From Deltaproteobacteria bacterium (GTDB taxonomy: Bacteria; Desulfobacterota; Binatia; UBA9968; JAJDTQ01): a stretch of 64,000 bases of DNA. The position numbers and the translations under genes were made by a program. Shown here one piece after another: positions 19,125 through 28,661 of this stretch (its first letter is position 1; the number at the start of each line of letters is the position of its first letter). The notes under the pieces are model-generated. The model worked only from the letters and a program-made list of their open reading frames with translations. It searched no databases and had not been told where the DNA came from. The stretch spans positions 4,419 to 68,418 of the forward strand of contig JAPOPM010000175.1 of assembly GCA_026712905.1 (NCBI GenBank). Direction: 5' to 3'.

Positions 19125-19282
19125 CTCGAAACAGCGGGAATCCAGGCGGCCGGGGCGGAGCCAACGCCCCGAAACGTCATTCCCGCGGAAGCGGGAATCC
19201 AGGCGGGGTGGTGGGGCACTACAGCGGCGTTTTTCCGCCTCGCCACCCCTGTATTCCCGCTTCCGCGGGAATGACGATTCGC
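19125..19282. repeat. Composite REP/MITE-like intergenic repeat, copy A (core palindrome GTCATTCCCGCGGAAGCGGGAATCCAGG and its inverted copy)
   Basis: Direct sequence comparison. The same 28-bp core and flanking modules recur at 24.1, 28.7, 46.7-47.0, 50.7, 52.4, 58.2 and 59.0-59.2 kb. Confidence 0.8.
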
Positions 19283-19556
19283 CCGCTGTTCGCGTATTGC
19301 AGTGGAGCCCGCGGAAAGCTATTCTGCCGTCGCACAACGCGGTCGCATGGATCAGGCGGAACCCCGTTGAGTCTAATAAAAGCCTCGGTCTGCCTGACGG
19401 CGGACCCGTGAGAATACCAGAGAAGGCCAAGGCGCAGGTCACGGTTATGTACACCCAGCCGGACGGCCCGTCAGACTCATCTTCAATCTACCAACCACGG
19501 CTCTACCGGCCGCGGCGGGCAGCGCCCACCGCGGGCCGGAGACAGGGGTCCCGCCC

Positions 19557-20873
19557 GTGAAACGCGTGGCGGTCACTCTCGTCGTCCTGGCGGTCGCCGG
19601 CGGCGTGCTCTACTACCTGGGCATCGGGCCTCCGCTCGGCCTCGGGCCGTTTGAAATCGGCGCGGCCAAGGGTAAGCCCGAGCAGGGCAACCGCGGGCAG
19701 GGTAATTCCGGACAGCGCAACTCGGGACAGCGTCGCGGCGGCGGCCGCGCGGTCACCGTCAAGGCCGAGGCGGTTCGGGTGGGGGACGTCGAGGCGACAT
19801 TGAGCTACGTGGGCTCGTTGGCGGCCAACGCGGCGGTCACCATCGCGCCCAAGACCTCGGGCCGGGTCGCCAAGCTGTTCGTCACCGTGGGCGAGCGCGT
19901 CAAGGAGGGCCAACTGCTGGGGCAGCTCGCGAAGGATGAGCTCACGGAGGAGTTGCGCGAGGCGCAGGCGTCGCTTCGGGTGGCCCAAGCCACGCTCAAG
20001 GGCCGCCAGGCGGAACTGGAGAACATCAAACGGCGCCAGCAGAACGTCAAGGTGCTGGCGGGCAAACAACTCGTGTCCCGTGAGGAGGTGAACAACCTGG
20101 AGACCCAGGTGCTGTCCGCCGAGTCCCAGGTGGAGCTGACCAAGGCCCAGATGCTGCAGATGCAGGCGCGACTGGACAACGCCCGCATTCGTCTGCGGCA
20201 CACCGAGGTCCGCTCGCCGTTCGCGGGTCACGTGAGCCGCCGCATGGTGGACCGCGGCGCCCTCGTGAGTGCCAGCACTCCCTTGTTCGAGGTCGTGGAC
20301 ATCGACCGGGTCAAGGTCGGCATTGCCGTGGTGGAGGGGGACTACCGCAAGGTTTCCCTGGGACAGCCGGTCGCCGTCAAGGTCGACGCCTACCCGGACA
20401 AGCGCTTCAACGGCACCATCACGCGCATGTCGCCGGTCCTCGACCCGCAGACGCGCACGGGCGAGGTGGAGATCGAGCTCGACAATCCCGGCGGGGCGCT
20501 CAAGCCCGGCATGTTCGCGCGTACGAACATCGTGGTGGAGCGCAAACGCGGCGTTCTGATGGTGCCGGAAGCCTCGCCGGTGAAGTCCGGCGAGGGGTAC
20601 GGCGTGTTCCGGCTGACGGACGAAGGCAGCAAGGTCGAACGCGTGGAAGTCACGCCGGGCCTGAACAACGGCGGTTGGGTGGAGGTGACGGGAGACCTGC
20701 GCAAGGGGGACCGGGTTGTCACCCTGGGCAGCAGCCTCGTGCGCCACGGCCAGCAAATCCGGGTTGCCGGCGACGGCCCGCGCGCGGGTGCCCGCCGTGG
20801 GCGGCGGGGGGCCGGGCGGGAAGGCCGGGCGGGCGGCGGTCGCGGCCGCGCGGAAAGGACGCAAAACCGATGA
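19557..20873 (+). CDS. Efflux RND transporter periplasmic adaptor subunit (HlyD/AcrA family)
   Basis: 438 aa; signal/TM segment, coiled-coil and beta-barrel membrane-fusion-protein motifs. GTG start; stop overlaps the RND start (ATGA). Confidence 0.8.
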   Translation: MKRVAVTLVVLAVAGGVLYYLGIGPPLGLGPFEIGAAKGKPEQGNRGQGNSGQRNSGQRRGGGRAVTVKAEAVRVGDVEATLSYVGSLAANAAVTIAPKTSGRVAKLFVTVGERVKEGQLLGQLAKDELTEELREAQASLRVAQATLKGRQAELENIKRRQQNVKVLAGKQLVSREEVNNLETQVLSAESQVELTKAQMLQMQARLDNARIRLRHTEVRSPFAGHVSRRMVDRGALVSASTPLFEVVDIDRVKVGIAVVEGDYRKVSLGQPVAVKVDAYPDKRFNGTITRMSPVLDPQTRTGEVEIELDNPGGALKPGMFARTNIVVERKRGVLMVPEASPVKSGEGYGVFRLTDEGSKVERVEVTPGLNNGGWVEVTGDLRKGDRVVTLGSSLVRHGQQIRVAGDGPRAGARRGRRGAGREGRAGGGRGRAERTQNR

Positions 20874-23800
20874 ATCTCACGGCGCTTTGCCTCAGACGTC
20901 CGGTGGCCACCTGCATGGCCGTCATGATCGTCGTGATCCTCGGGGTGATCTCGTTTCTCAAGATCCCGGTGGACCTCTTGCCCGAGATCACCTTCCCCAG
21001 GGTCACCGTCTCCACCACGTACCCCAACGTAGGACCGCTGGAGATGGAGACTCTGGTGACGGTGCCCGTCGAAAAGGCGGTGAGCTCCGTGGAAGGCGTG
21101 GAGGACATCACCTCCGTGTCCGTGGAAGGCCGCAGCCAGGTCCGGGTGGCCTTCGGCTGGAGCAAGGACCTGGAAGTGGCGGTGAGCGACGTGCGCGCAC
21201 GCATCGACCGCATCCGTGACGACCTTCCCCCGGGAGCCGAGGCCCCGGTGGTCTCGAAGTACGACGTCAACGCGTCGCCGATCATGTTCATCGGCGTATC
21301 GGGTCAGATGGACCCGGTGGCGCTGCGGACCTTCGTCGAGCAGGAGGTGCGTTATCGACTGGAACGGGTCGCCGGCGTGGCCGCGGCGGACATCCGTGGC
21401 GGACTGGAGCGCGAGATCCAGGTCCAGCTTTCCCTGGACCGGCTCAAGGCCTTCAATCTCTCGGCGGACCAGGTCATCCGGGCGCTGCGGGCGAGCAACA
21501 TCAACCTGCCGGCCGGTAGCGTCGGCCGGGCGCACCTGGAGGTATCGGTACGGACCCTGGGCGAATTCACCGACCTGAATCAACTGCGCAACACGGTGGT
21601 GGCCACCCGCGACGGCACCCCCATCTACGTCAAGGACCTCGGAGAGGTGAAGGACTCCTTCAAGGACCTGAACCACGCGGTGCGGATCCACGGCTCCCAC
21701 GCCGTGGTCATCTCCCTGCTGCGTCAGCCTTCCGCCAACACCATCACGGTGGTGGACCGCGTGAAGCAGGCCATCGAGGGCATCAATCAGGAACTCCCCA
21801 CCATCAAGGTGACCGTGCTGCGCGAGAATGCGCATTACATTCGCAACGCGGTGGACAACGTGACCCTGGCCGCGGCCTGGGGCGGCATGCTGGCCCTGGC
21901 CGTGCTGTTGTTCTTCCTGCGCAGCCTGCGCAGCACCGTGGTCATCGCCACGGCCATTCCCATCTCCATCGTGGCCACGTTCGCGCTCATGTTCTTCCAG
22001 GGCTTCAGCATCAACATCATCTCCTTCGGCGGCCTCGCCCTGGGGATCGGGCTCTTGCTGGACAACTCCGTGGTGGTGCTGGAGAACATCTACCGGCACC
22101 ACGAGACCGGCACCGACCGCCGGGAGGCCGTGCTCACGGGCACGCGGGAGGTGGCGGGAGCCATCACCGCGTCCACGTTGACCACGGTGGTGGTGTTTCT
22201 GCCGCTGATCTTCGTCCCCGGCTCCGCGGGCATCCTCTTCAAACAGCTCGCGTGGGTGGTGTTCTTCTCGCTCGCGGCCTCCCTGATGGTGGCCCTGACC
22301 GTGGTTCCGGTGCTGGCGCACCATCTCCTGGGGCGGCCGGGCCATGCGGGCCCAGGGGGCTTCCTGTCGCGTCTCATGCGCGCGGGCTCAAGTTCCCAAA
22401 GCGGTCTGGACCATGCCTACCAGGGACTGTTGCGCTGGAGCCTGCGCCATCGCTTCACCGTGGTGGCGGCGGCCGCGGTCCTGCTCTCCAGCAGCCTGTT
22501 CCTCTACCAGGGCATCGGCAGCGAGTTCATGCCCCGCGCCGACGAGGGCAACGTGTTGATCCTCGCGGAAACCGAAGCGGGTTCGAAGATCGAGGAAACG
22601 GACCGCACTTTCCGGCAACTCGAGGCCATCGTGAACCAGGAGGTCACAGAGCCCTACCGGAACTTCACGCACTTCGGCCAGTTCGGCTGGCGCGCCCGGG
22701 GCAAGAACAACGGGCACGTACACATTTGGCTGGGGTCCAGGAATACCCGGGAACGGTCCGACCAGGACATCGTCCGGGCCTTGCGGCGACGGGTCGGCGA
22801 GGTCCCCGGGGTGCGCGCCCGCGTGCGCGCAAGCTCCGGGCTGTGGATCTTCCGGCGCCTGGGATTCACCGACAACGACAACCTCGACGTGAAGGTGCGC
22901 GGTCACGACCTGGGCCAACTTCAGCGCATCTCCCGGCAGGTCAAGAACGCCATGGAGGGGGTTGACGGCATCGCGGGCGTGCGCATCAGCCGGCAGGCCG
23001 GACAGCCCGAAATGGGAATTCGCGTGGATCGGGAGCGCGCGGCGAGCCTCGGCATACCGGTGGAGACCATCGCCCGCGGCCTGCAAGCGAGCCTGGGCGG
23101 CACCCGGGCGACCTTCTACCGCGAGGGCGGCAACGAATACGACGTGCGCGTCCGGCTCGGCGACGACGACCGCGCCGACCTGAGCGCCCTGCTGGATCAG
23201 AGCGTCTCCGACGGCTCGGGCCGGGTGCTGTCGCTCAAGAACCTGGTCCGGCTGGAGGAACGCCGCGGACCCATGTCGATCCAGCGCCTCAACCAGGAGC
23301 GGGTGGTGTCCATCTCCGGCGAAGTCTCGGGACGCGACATGGCCGGGGCCGTGGCCGACCTGCAGGCAGCGCTGGGACAGATCCCGCTGCCGCAAGGCAT
23401 GGTCCTCCAGGTCGGCGGGGACTTCGAGGAACAGCAGAAGGCCTTCGGCGAACTGCGGATCGGCCTGCTCCTGGCCTTGATCATGGTCTACATGGTCATG
23501 GCGGGCCAGTTCGAGCGCCTGATCGATCCGTTCGTGATCATGTTCGCGGTTCCCTTCGCCGCCATCGGCGTACTGGCGTCGCTTCACGTCACCGGCACGA
23601 CCTTCAACATCAACTCCTACATCGGCATCATCCTGCTGGTGGGCATCGTCGTGAACAACGCCATCGTGCTGGTGGACTACATCAACCTCAAGATGCGCGA
23701 GGGAAACCTGAGCGTCGTCGACGCGGTGGTCCTCGCGGGCCGCACCCGTCTGCGACCGATCCTCATGACGACCCTCACCACGGTCCTCGCGCTGGTGCCG

Positions 23801-24034
23801 CTGGCACTGGCATGGGGCGAGGGCGGCGAGATTCAGGCACCCATGGCCCGCGTCGTGATCGGCGGACTGATCACCTCCATGCTGGTGACCCTGGTGCTGA
23901 TCCCGGTGCTCTACGCCACCGTACGCGAACGGGCGTGGCGGAAAGCCGAGGCCCGTGAGGCGGCGGACGCGACCGGGCCAGTACAGGATCCGGCGGCGTT
24001 GCAGTCGGACCGTGTCCGGGAGAACCCGCTGTAG
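20870..24034 (+). CDS. RND efflux transporter permease (AcrB/HAE1 family)
   Basis: About 1054 aa from the internal ATG (MNLTALCLRRPVATCMAV...), with a 12-TM AcrB-like layout. The track ORF's first 65 residues are read-through of the adaptor gene's 3' end. Confidence 0.9.
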   Translation: MNLTALCLRRPVATCMAVMIVVILGVISFLKIPVDLLPEITFPRVTVSTTYPNVGPLEMETLVTVPVEKAVSSVEGVEDITSVSVEGRSQVRVAFGWSKDLEVAVSDVRARIDRIRDDLPPGAEAPVVSKYDVNASPIMFIGVSGQMDPVALRTFVEQEVRYRLERVAGVAAADIRGGLEREIQVQLSLDRLKAFNLSADQVIRALRASNINLPAGSVGRAHLEVSVRTLGEFTDLNQLRNTVVATRDGTPIYVKDLGEVKDSFKDLNHAVRIHGSHAVVISLLRQPSANTITVVDRVKQAIEGINQELPTIKVTVLRENAHYIRNAVDNVTLAAAWGGMLALAVLLFFLRSLRSTVVIATAIPISIVATFALMFFQGFSINIISFGGLALGIGLLLDNSVVVLENIYRHHETGTDRREAVLTGTREVAGAITASTLTTVVVFLPLIFVPGSAGILFKQLAWVVFFSLAASLMVALTVVPVLAHHLLGRPGHAGPGGFLSRLMRAGSSSQSGLDHAYQGLLRWSLRHRFTVVAAAAVLLSSSLFLYQGIGSEFMPRADEGNVLILAETEAGSKIEETDRTFRQLEAIVNQEVTEPYRNFTHFGQFGWRARGKNNGHVHIWLGSRNTRERSDQDIVRALRRRVGEVPGVRARVRASSGLWIFRRLGFTDNDNLDVKVRGHDLGQLQRISRQVKNAMEGVDGIAGVRISRQAGQPEMGIRVDRERAASLGIPVETIARGLQASLGGTRATFYREGGNEYDVRVRLGDDDRADLSALLDQSVSDGSGRVLSLKNLVRLEERRGPMSIQRLNQERVVSISGEVSGRDMAGAVADLQAALGQIPLPQGMVLQVGGDFEEQQKAFGELRIGLLLALIMVYMVMAGQFERLIDPFVIMFAVPFAAIGVLASLHVTGTTFNINSYIGIILLVGIVVNNAIVLVDYINLKMREGNLSVVDAVVLAGRTRLRPILMTTLTTVLALVPLALAWGEGGEIQAPMARVVIGGLITSMLVTLVLIPVLYATVRERAWRKAEAREAADATGPVQDPAALQSDRVRENPL

Positions 24035-24104
24035 GAGCTTGCGCCGTGGAAAGCGGGTCGGTTGAATTGTCATGCCCTGTTGCGCGCGTCATTTCCACGC
24101 AACA

Positions 24105-24305
24105 GACCGTGTCAAGACTCCGCTCGGATGAGAATTGGCACCAATGCCCCGAGTCGTCATTCCCGCGAAAGCTTGCCCTCGACCCCGATCGGGGGCGGGA
24201 ATCCCTGCCCCACCCCGCCTGGATTCCGGCTTCCGCGGGGATGACGTATTCGTCACGTCTCCGCCTGGCGGGTTTTGACACGGCCTGTTCCGCGGGAATG
24301 ACGAA
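24105..24305. repeat. Composite REP/MITE-like repeat, copy B
   Basis: Contains the tgtcaagactccgct module, the gtcattcccgcgaaagc core, the cccgatcgggggcgggaatcc module and an inverted core. Confidence 0.75.
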
Positions 24306-24325
24306 CAAGGGCCTCCCCGTCGATC

Positions 24326-25465
24326 ATGATTGAATCGCTTGGTATCGCCCACCTCTTCGAACTCTCGCGCACGGAAGCGACGCTGGGGTTCTTTACCCCG
24401 CTGGTGATCTTCGCCGCGTTCTTTCTGGCGCAGATGGCCCTGCCGGCGAGGCGGGTTCCCGGCTACGTCATCGATCCGCGGACCGGCGCACCCCGCAGCT
24501 ATCGCCTGAACGGCCTTCTGGTATTCGCCATCGCGCTCGTCGTGTGGGCCTTCGAGCTCACTGGGATGCCGCGCGACTGGTTCTACCGGTCCTCGATTTA
24601 CGCCGTGGCCGGCGGGACCGTCGTCGCCACCCTCGTTACCATCATCGCGGTGTTCAGCCAGCCGCAAGGCAGGGTAAGGAACCCGCTGCTGGCGCTGTGG
24701 TTCGGTCGGGCCCAGGAGCTGGCGTTCCTGAACCAACGCTTCGACGTAAAGATGTACCTCTATGTGGTCGGCGGGGCGATGCTGTCCCTCAACGCCCTTT
24801 CCGGGGCCGTGTACCACTACGAGATCTTTGGCGAAGACTCCAATCCGGGCGTCTTCCTGTACGCGGCGTTCTTCACGTTCTACATACTGGACTACTTCAT
24901 CTTCGAGCGCGTCCAGCTATACACCTACGACCTGATCCATGAGAATCTTGGCTTCAAGTTGTTCTGGGGTTGCTTCGTCGTATACGGGTGGCTGTTCATT
25001 CTCCCGTTGTGGGGCATGGCCGCTTACCCGGATCCGGGATTCTCGCCGGCCTGGACGTATGTCTGGCTCATCGGAACGGCCGCGCTGTTCCTCCTCGGGT
25101 GGGGCATCTCGCGCGGCGCCAACATGCAAAAGTACACGTTCAAGCGTTGGCCCGACCGGAAGTTTCTCGGGCTCATCGAGCCTGTCTTCATCGAGGCCGG
25201 CGACCGCAAGATCCTGTGCAGCGGCCTATGGGGTGTCGCCCGCCACTTCAACTACCTGGGCGAGGGTTTCCTCGCCCTGTCCATCGCCCTGTCGTTCGGC
25301 TACTTCACCAATCCCTGGGCCTGGACCTACTTTGCCTTCATCGTCTCGATGTTCGTCTACCGTCAACGCGATGACGACATGCACTGTGCCGGAAAATACG
25401 GCGCCGACAAGTGGGCGGAGTATCAGGCAAGGGTGAAGTACCGGATCTGTCCGGGCATCTATTGA
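24326..25465 (+). CDS. ERG4/ERG24-family sterol reductase homolog (DHCR7/DHCR14/TM7SF2-like polytopic membrane reductase)
   Basis: C-terminal GLWGVARHFNYLGEG...YRQRDDDMHCAGKYGADKWAEYQARVKYRICPGIY matches the sterol-reductase family signature (RHPNYxGD...RDxxxCxxKYGxxWxxYxxxVPYRIIPxIY). Eight or more predicted TM segments. Confidence 0.7.
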   Translation: MIESLGIAHLFELSRTEATLGFFTPLVIFAAFFLAQMALPARRVPGYVIDPRTGAPRSYRLNGLLVFAIALVVWAFELTGMPRDWFYRSSIYAVAGGTVVATLVTIIAVFSQPQGRVRNPLLALWFGRAQELAFLNQRFDVKMYLYVVGGAMLSLNALSGAVYHYEIFGEDSNPGVFLYAAFFTFYILDYFIFERVQLYTYDLIHENLGFKLFWGCFVVYGWLFILPLWGMAAYPDPGFSPAWTYVWLIGTAALFLLGWGISRGANMQKYTFKRWPDRKFLGLIEPVFIEAGDRKILCSGLWGVARHFNYLGEGFLALSIALSFGYFTNPWAWTYFAFIVSMFVYRQRDDDMHCAGKYGADKWAEYQARVKYRICPGIY

Positions 25466-25496
25466 GAAATTCTTCCCGGCGCGTGCCCGGGCCGCC

Positions 25497-26969
25497 TCAC
25501 GCGCCCCCGGTGAGCCGTTGGTCCACGTGCCACATGGCGACGCAGTCGTCCTCGTTGTAGCGGACGGCCTTTTCGGCCAGGGAGCGGTCGCCGGTGTCGA
25601 CGGCGTCCCAGTAGCAGAGCAGCGCCTCGTAGGCGCCGAATCCCTGCTGGCGCCAGTTGAAGCCCAAGGCCGGGGCGACGCTCTTGATGGAGAAGCGCGG
25701 CACGGGCAGGTAGACGGCGTCCTGGATGCATCGCTTCAGGTCGACGCAGGAGCCCATGAGACGCGCCAGCCGTCCCTCCAGCCGCGGCCAGCGGCGCATG
25801 ACCGCCTTCATCTGCCACACCTCGTAGTCGGTCCAGTGATACAGGCGCACGGCTTCGAGGTCGTCGCCCACGTAGTCGAGGAATTCTTCGAAGATCTCCG
25901 CCTCGTCTTCGGGGCCACGGGCCAGGAACCTGACGAACTGGTCGCGGGAGCCGTCCCAGCAGCCGATGAGGTAGACGTGGGGCGGCATGGTGGGATGCGT
26001 GTCGTCGGAGGTCTCGAAGTCGAAGTAGAGTAGCCGTCTCGCCCTGGGAATCCGCAACTCGCGGCCGGGTTTGGGGACGGGTTGCCCCGTCCTGTAGCTC
26101 TGGGCCACGTGGTAGGCGGTGGCGCCGTGGTGCGGTCCCAGGATCTCCTCGGTCTCACCAAGGGAACTTGTCCACAGTTCATCCACATTGTGGATACCGG
26201 CGGCGCGGAGCTTGGCCCGCTCGGGCGCCCGCACCCCGGCCAGCAGCACCAGGTCGCGGCGCTCGTGCACCAGCCGGTTGCCGTACGCGCGCCAGGGGGA
26301 GTCGGTGACGTCGGGGGGTCTGCCCGGCTCCGGCTCCTCCACCGTACGGTCCCGCAGCGCGCACCAGCGCGCGGCTACGTCGTCCATCCTCTTCCCGAAG
26401 CCCGAGACATCCACCGGACGGACCTCTTCCCGCAGGGCCACGGTCACGCGTTCCGGCATGTAGCCCTGGACGGCGCCCACGGTGCGGTTGTAGAAGGCCG
26501 CCTGGAGCACGTAGGCGTCCCGAAGCTTGCGCGCGCGCTTTATCTCGATGACGCGATAGTGGTAGGGGCCGAGGTCCGAGGCGTGGCTGTCGTCCCGCAC
26601 CAAGAGGTCGCCGCGGCCGTAGACGTCCCGGCCGAGGTCCCACAGTTGCGGCTGGTGGATGGCGGGAACGCCCTCCAGCATGGCCCGAAGGGTGCGGACG
26701 AGGGCCTGGTGGCCGAAGTCGGGCCGGATGGCCAGGACGCCCGGGTAATGCGCGGCCACCCAGGCATCCTCGTGCTCGACGCCCCGGCGGTAGCGCATCT
26801 GCTCGTAGCGGCCGATCTCGTTTACCGCCTCGGCCTTGGGTGCATGGTGCTGGCACCAAACCCAGAACGGGTCCCGCAGAACCTTGTCCACCAGGGACGG
26901 GCGCAAGCGGGAGCGGCCATGGATCCTCTGGCCGGCGGTGGCGCGGTCGAGCAGCGCGCGCAGCCGCAC
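25497..26969 (-). CDS. RecB-family nuclease, TM0106-type (N-terminal PD-(D/E)XK/Cas4-like region plus C-terminal RNase H-like exonuclease domain)
   Basis: YFDFETS motif and a YHWTDYE region in the C-terminal half; conserved Cys (WVWCQHH) near the N-terminus. Start uncertain (GTG at 26967-26969 or TTG about 60 nt downstream). The first ~230 residues of track ORF 25497..27665 are low-complexity read-through over the AbgB-like gene. Confidence 0.55.
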   Translation of the reverse strand: MRLRALLDRATAGQRIHGRSRLRPSLVDKVLRDPFWVWCQHHAPKAEAVNEIGRYEQMRYRRGVEHEDAWVAAHYPGVLAIRPDFGHQALVRTLRAMLEGVPAIHQPQLWDLGRDVYGRGDLLVRDDSHASDLGPYHYRVIEIKRARKLRDAYVLQAAFYNRTVGAVQGYMPERVTVALREEVRPVDVSGFGKRMDDVAARWCALRDRTVEEPEPGRPPDVTDSPWRAYGNRLVHERRDLVLLAGVRAPERAKLRAAGIHNVDELWTSSLGETEEILGPHHGATAYHVAQSYRTGQPVPKPGRELRIPRARRLLYFDFETSDDTHPTMPPHVYLIGCWDGSRDQFVRFLARGPEDEAEIFEEFLDYVGDDLEAVRLYHWTDYEVWQMKAVMRRWPRLEGRLARLMGSCVDLKRCIQDAVYLPVPRFSIKSVAPALGFNWRQQGFGAYEALLCYWDAVDTGDRSLAEKAVRYNEDDCVAMWHVDQRLTGGA

Positions 26970-26992
26970 CTCCGGCCCCTGGAGCGGCAGGG

Positions 26993-28438
26993 TTAGCTGA
27001 ATGCGGGCTTCTCCTTGGGATAGTGCGCTTCCATGGCCGAGCGGTAGCGCTCCATGAGGATCCGGTTGAGCTCCAGCGGCGGCTGCTGGTCGTCGGGCAG
27101 CAGCGGGCGGTACTCCACGTCGCCGATCTCCTCCTTGAAGGTCTCCTTGGCCCGGGCCACCAGTTGCGGGTCCATCAGCAGGTCGACGGCCGACGCGGCC
27201 ATGGTCTTGGCGCCGGCCACCGCGCCCTTGTGGGCCACGGTGGTGGCCAGGGACACCCCCGCGCCCCAGTGGTGGTAGGCGATGCCCGGGATGTTGGACG
27301 GGAAATTCACCACGCCCGAGGGCACCACCCAGCACACGTCGCCCGAGTCGTTGGCGGACACGGACTGCACCGCCTCCCGGAGCTGGGCCACCTGTGTGGG
27401 CATTCCCGTGGCCTTGACGTTGACCTTGGCCTGGACGTCGGTGACGAGTTTCTGTTCGGCGTCGCTCCACCGCGGCATGCCCACGGCCTCGATGTTCTGC
27501 TGGATCACCTCCGCCAGCACGCGGTTGCAGCGGGTGGGCGCCACCGCGCTCAGCACGTTCACCGAGTAGGAAGTGTCGGTCATGGTGGCCGCTCCCTGGG
27601 CGACGCGCTTGGCCTTCTCGAACAAAGCGCGGGCCTTCTCGGCCGTGGCCTCGCGGAAGAACCACCAGATGGTCGAAGTGTTGGGGATGACGTTGGGCTG
27701 GTCGCCGCCGTTGGTGATGACCCGGTGGCTACGCTGGGAGGGCTCCAGGTGTTCCCGAAGCTTGTCCCAGCCGATGTCCATCAGCACCGTCGCGTCCACC
27801 GCGTCGCGCGCGTTCCACGGCGAGGTGGCGGCGTGGGCGCTCTCGCCCTTGAAGGTGAACTCGGCCGAGATGAGCGCGTACTGGCGCAGACCGTACACCG
27901 TGCCGAGGTTGGAGCCGATGTGGTCGTGCAGCGCCACGTCCACGTCCTTGAAATAGCCGTCGCGCACGAAGTACGGCCGGCTCACGAGCTGCTCCTCGGC
28001 CGGGGCGCCGTAGACCCGGAGCGTCCCCTGGATGTCGAACTGCTCCATGGTCTTCTTGACCGCCACCGCCGCCCCGGTCATCACCGCAGCGTTGACGTTG
28101 TGCCCTTCGGTGTGCCCCGGCGCACCGTCCACGATGGCCTTTTGCTCGGCCACGCCCGGCATCTGCGAGCTCGACGGCGTGGCATCGAACTCCGTGTGCA
28201 GCGCCACCACCGGCTTGCCCGACCCGTAGGTGGCGATGAACGCCGTGGGCATCCCCGAGATGCCCCGCTCGATCTCGAAGCCCGCCCGCTCCAGGATCTC
28301 GGTCATGAGCCCAGTGGTGCGGTATTCCTGCATCCCCAGCTCGGCGAAGTAGAAGATATTGTCGCCGAGGAGCGCGATGTTGTTCCGGTTCTCCTCGACC
28401 GCGTCGATGACGAACTGTTTCTGTTTCGAATCCTGCAT
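26993..28438 (-). CDS. M20-family amidohydrolase, AbgB-like (aminobenzoyl-glutamate utilization protein B family)
   Basis: 481 aa from the internal ATG (MQDSKQKQFVIDAVEE...), preceded by GGGGAGGAAACC. Strong similarity pattern to AbgB (GKPVVALHTEFDA, HAATSPWNARDAVDATVLM, VAHKGAVAGAKTMAAS). The track N-terminal 155 residues run through repeat copy C. Confidence 0.8.
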   Translation of the reverse strand: MQDSKQKQFVIDAVEENRNNIALLGDNIFYFAELGMQEYRTTGLMTEILERAGFEIERGISGMPTAFIATYGSGKPVVALHTEFDATPSSSQMPGVAEQKAIVDGAPGHTEGHNVNAAVMTGAAVAVKKTMEQFDIQGTLRVYGAPAEEQLVSRPYFVRDGYFKDVDVALHDHIGSNLGTVYGLRQYALISAEFTFKGESAHAATSPWNARDAVDATVLMDIGWDKLREHLEPSQRSHRVITNGGDQPNVIPNTSTIWWFFREATAEKARALFEKAKRVAQGAATMTDTSYSVNVLSAVAPTRCNRVLAEVIQQNIEAVGMPRWSDAEQKLVTDVQAKVNVKATGMPTQVAQLREAVQSVSANDSGDVCWVVPSGVVNFPSNIPGIAYHHWGAGVSLATTVAHKGAVAGAKTMAASAVDLLMDPQLVARAKETFKEEIGDVEYRPLLPDDQQPPLELNRILMERYRSAMEAHYPKEKPAFS

Positions 28439-28661
28439 GGTTTCCTCCCCTGGGCGCGGCGGCCGGAGGCGCGTCACGGCGGCTCCGGCGGGCCAGCCCT
28501 CATGGCATGCGCGGATCATATTACAAGGAGGGGGGCGCGTCGACACCCGCCGTCCAGGCTGTGTCCATGCCCCGCTCGGACCAGCAACGGCGCGGATCCC
28601 CTCTCCGTCCGGACACGTAAACGATTCGCCCCTTCTTGGCTCAGACACAGGGACGGCACGG

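Noticed and set aside
20390-22345. 651-aa minus-strand ORF inside the RND pump region
   Set aside because: Antisense to the AcrB-like gene; H/G/D/R-rich low-complexity translation.
24089-24817. ORFs reading through repeat copies (24089..24817 -, 46683..47075 -, 50702..50995 -, 19016..19246 -, 28636..28914 +, 58906..59178 +)
   Set aside because: Their translations are dominated by the recurring SFPRKRESRGGE / IPAEAGIQ peptides produced by the REP/MITE core in different frames; they are not genes.
25497-27665. Full 722-aa extent of the nuclease ORF
   Set aside because: Its N-terminal ~230 residues overlap the AbgB-like amidohydrolase in another frame and are G/R/P low-complexity. Only the portion downstream of about 26969 is homologous to TM0106-type nucleases.
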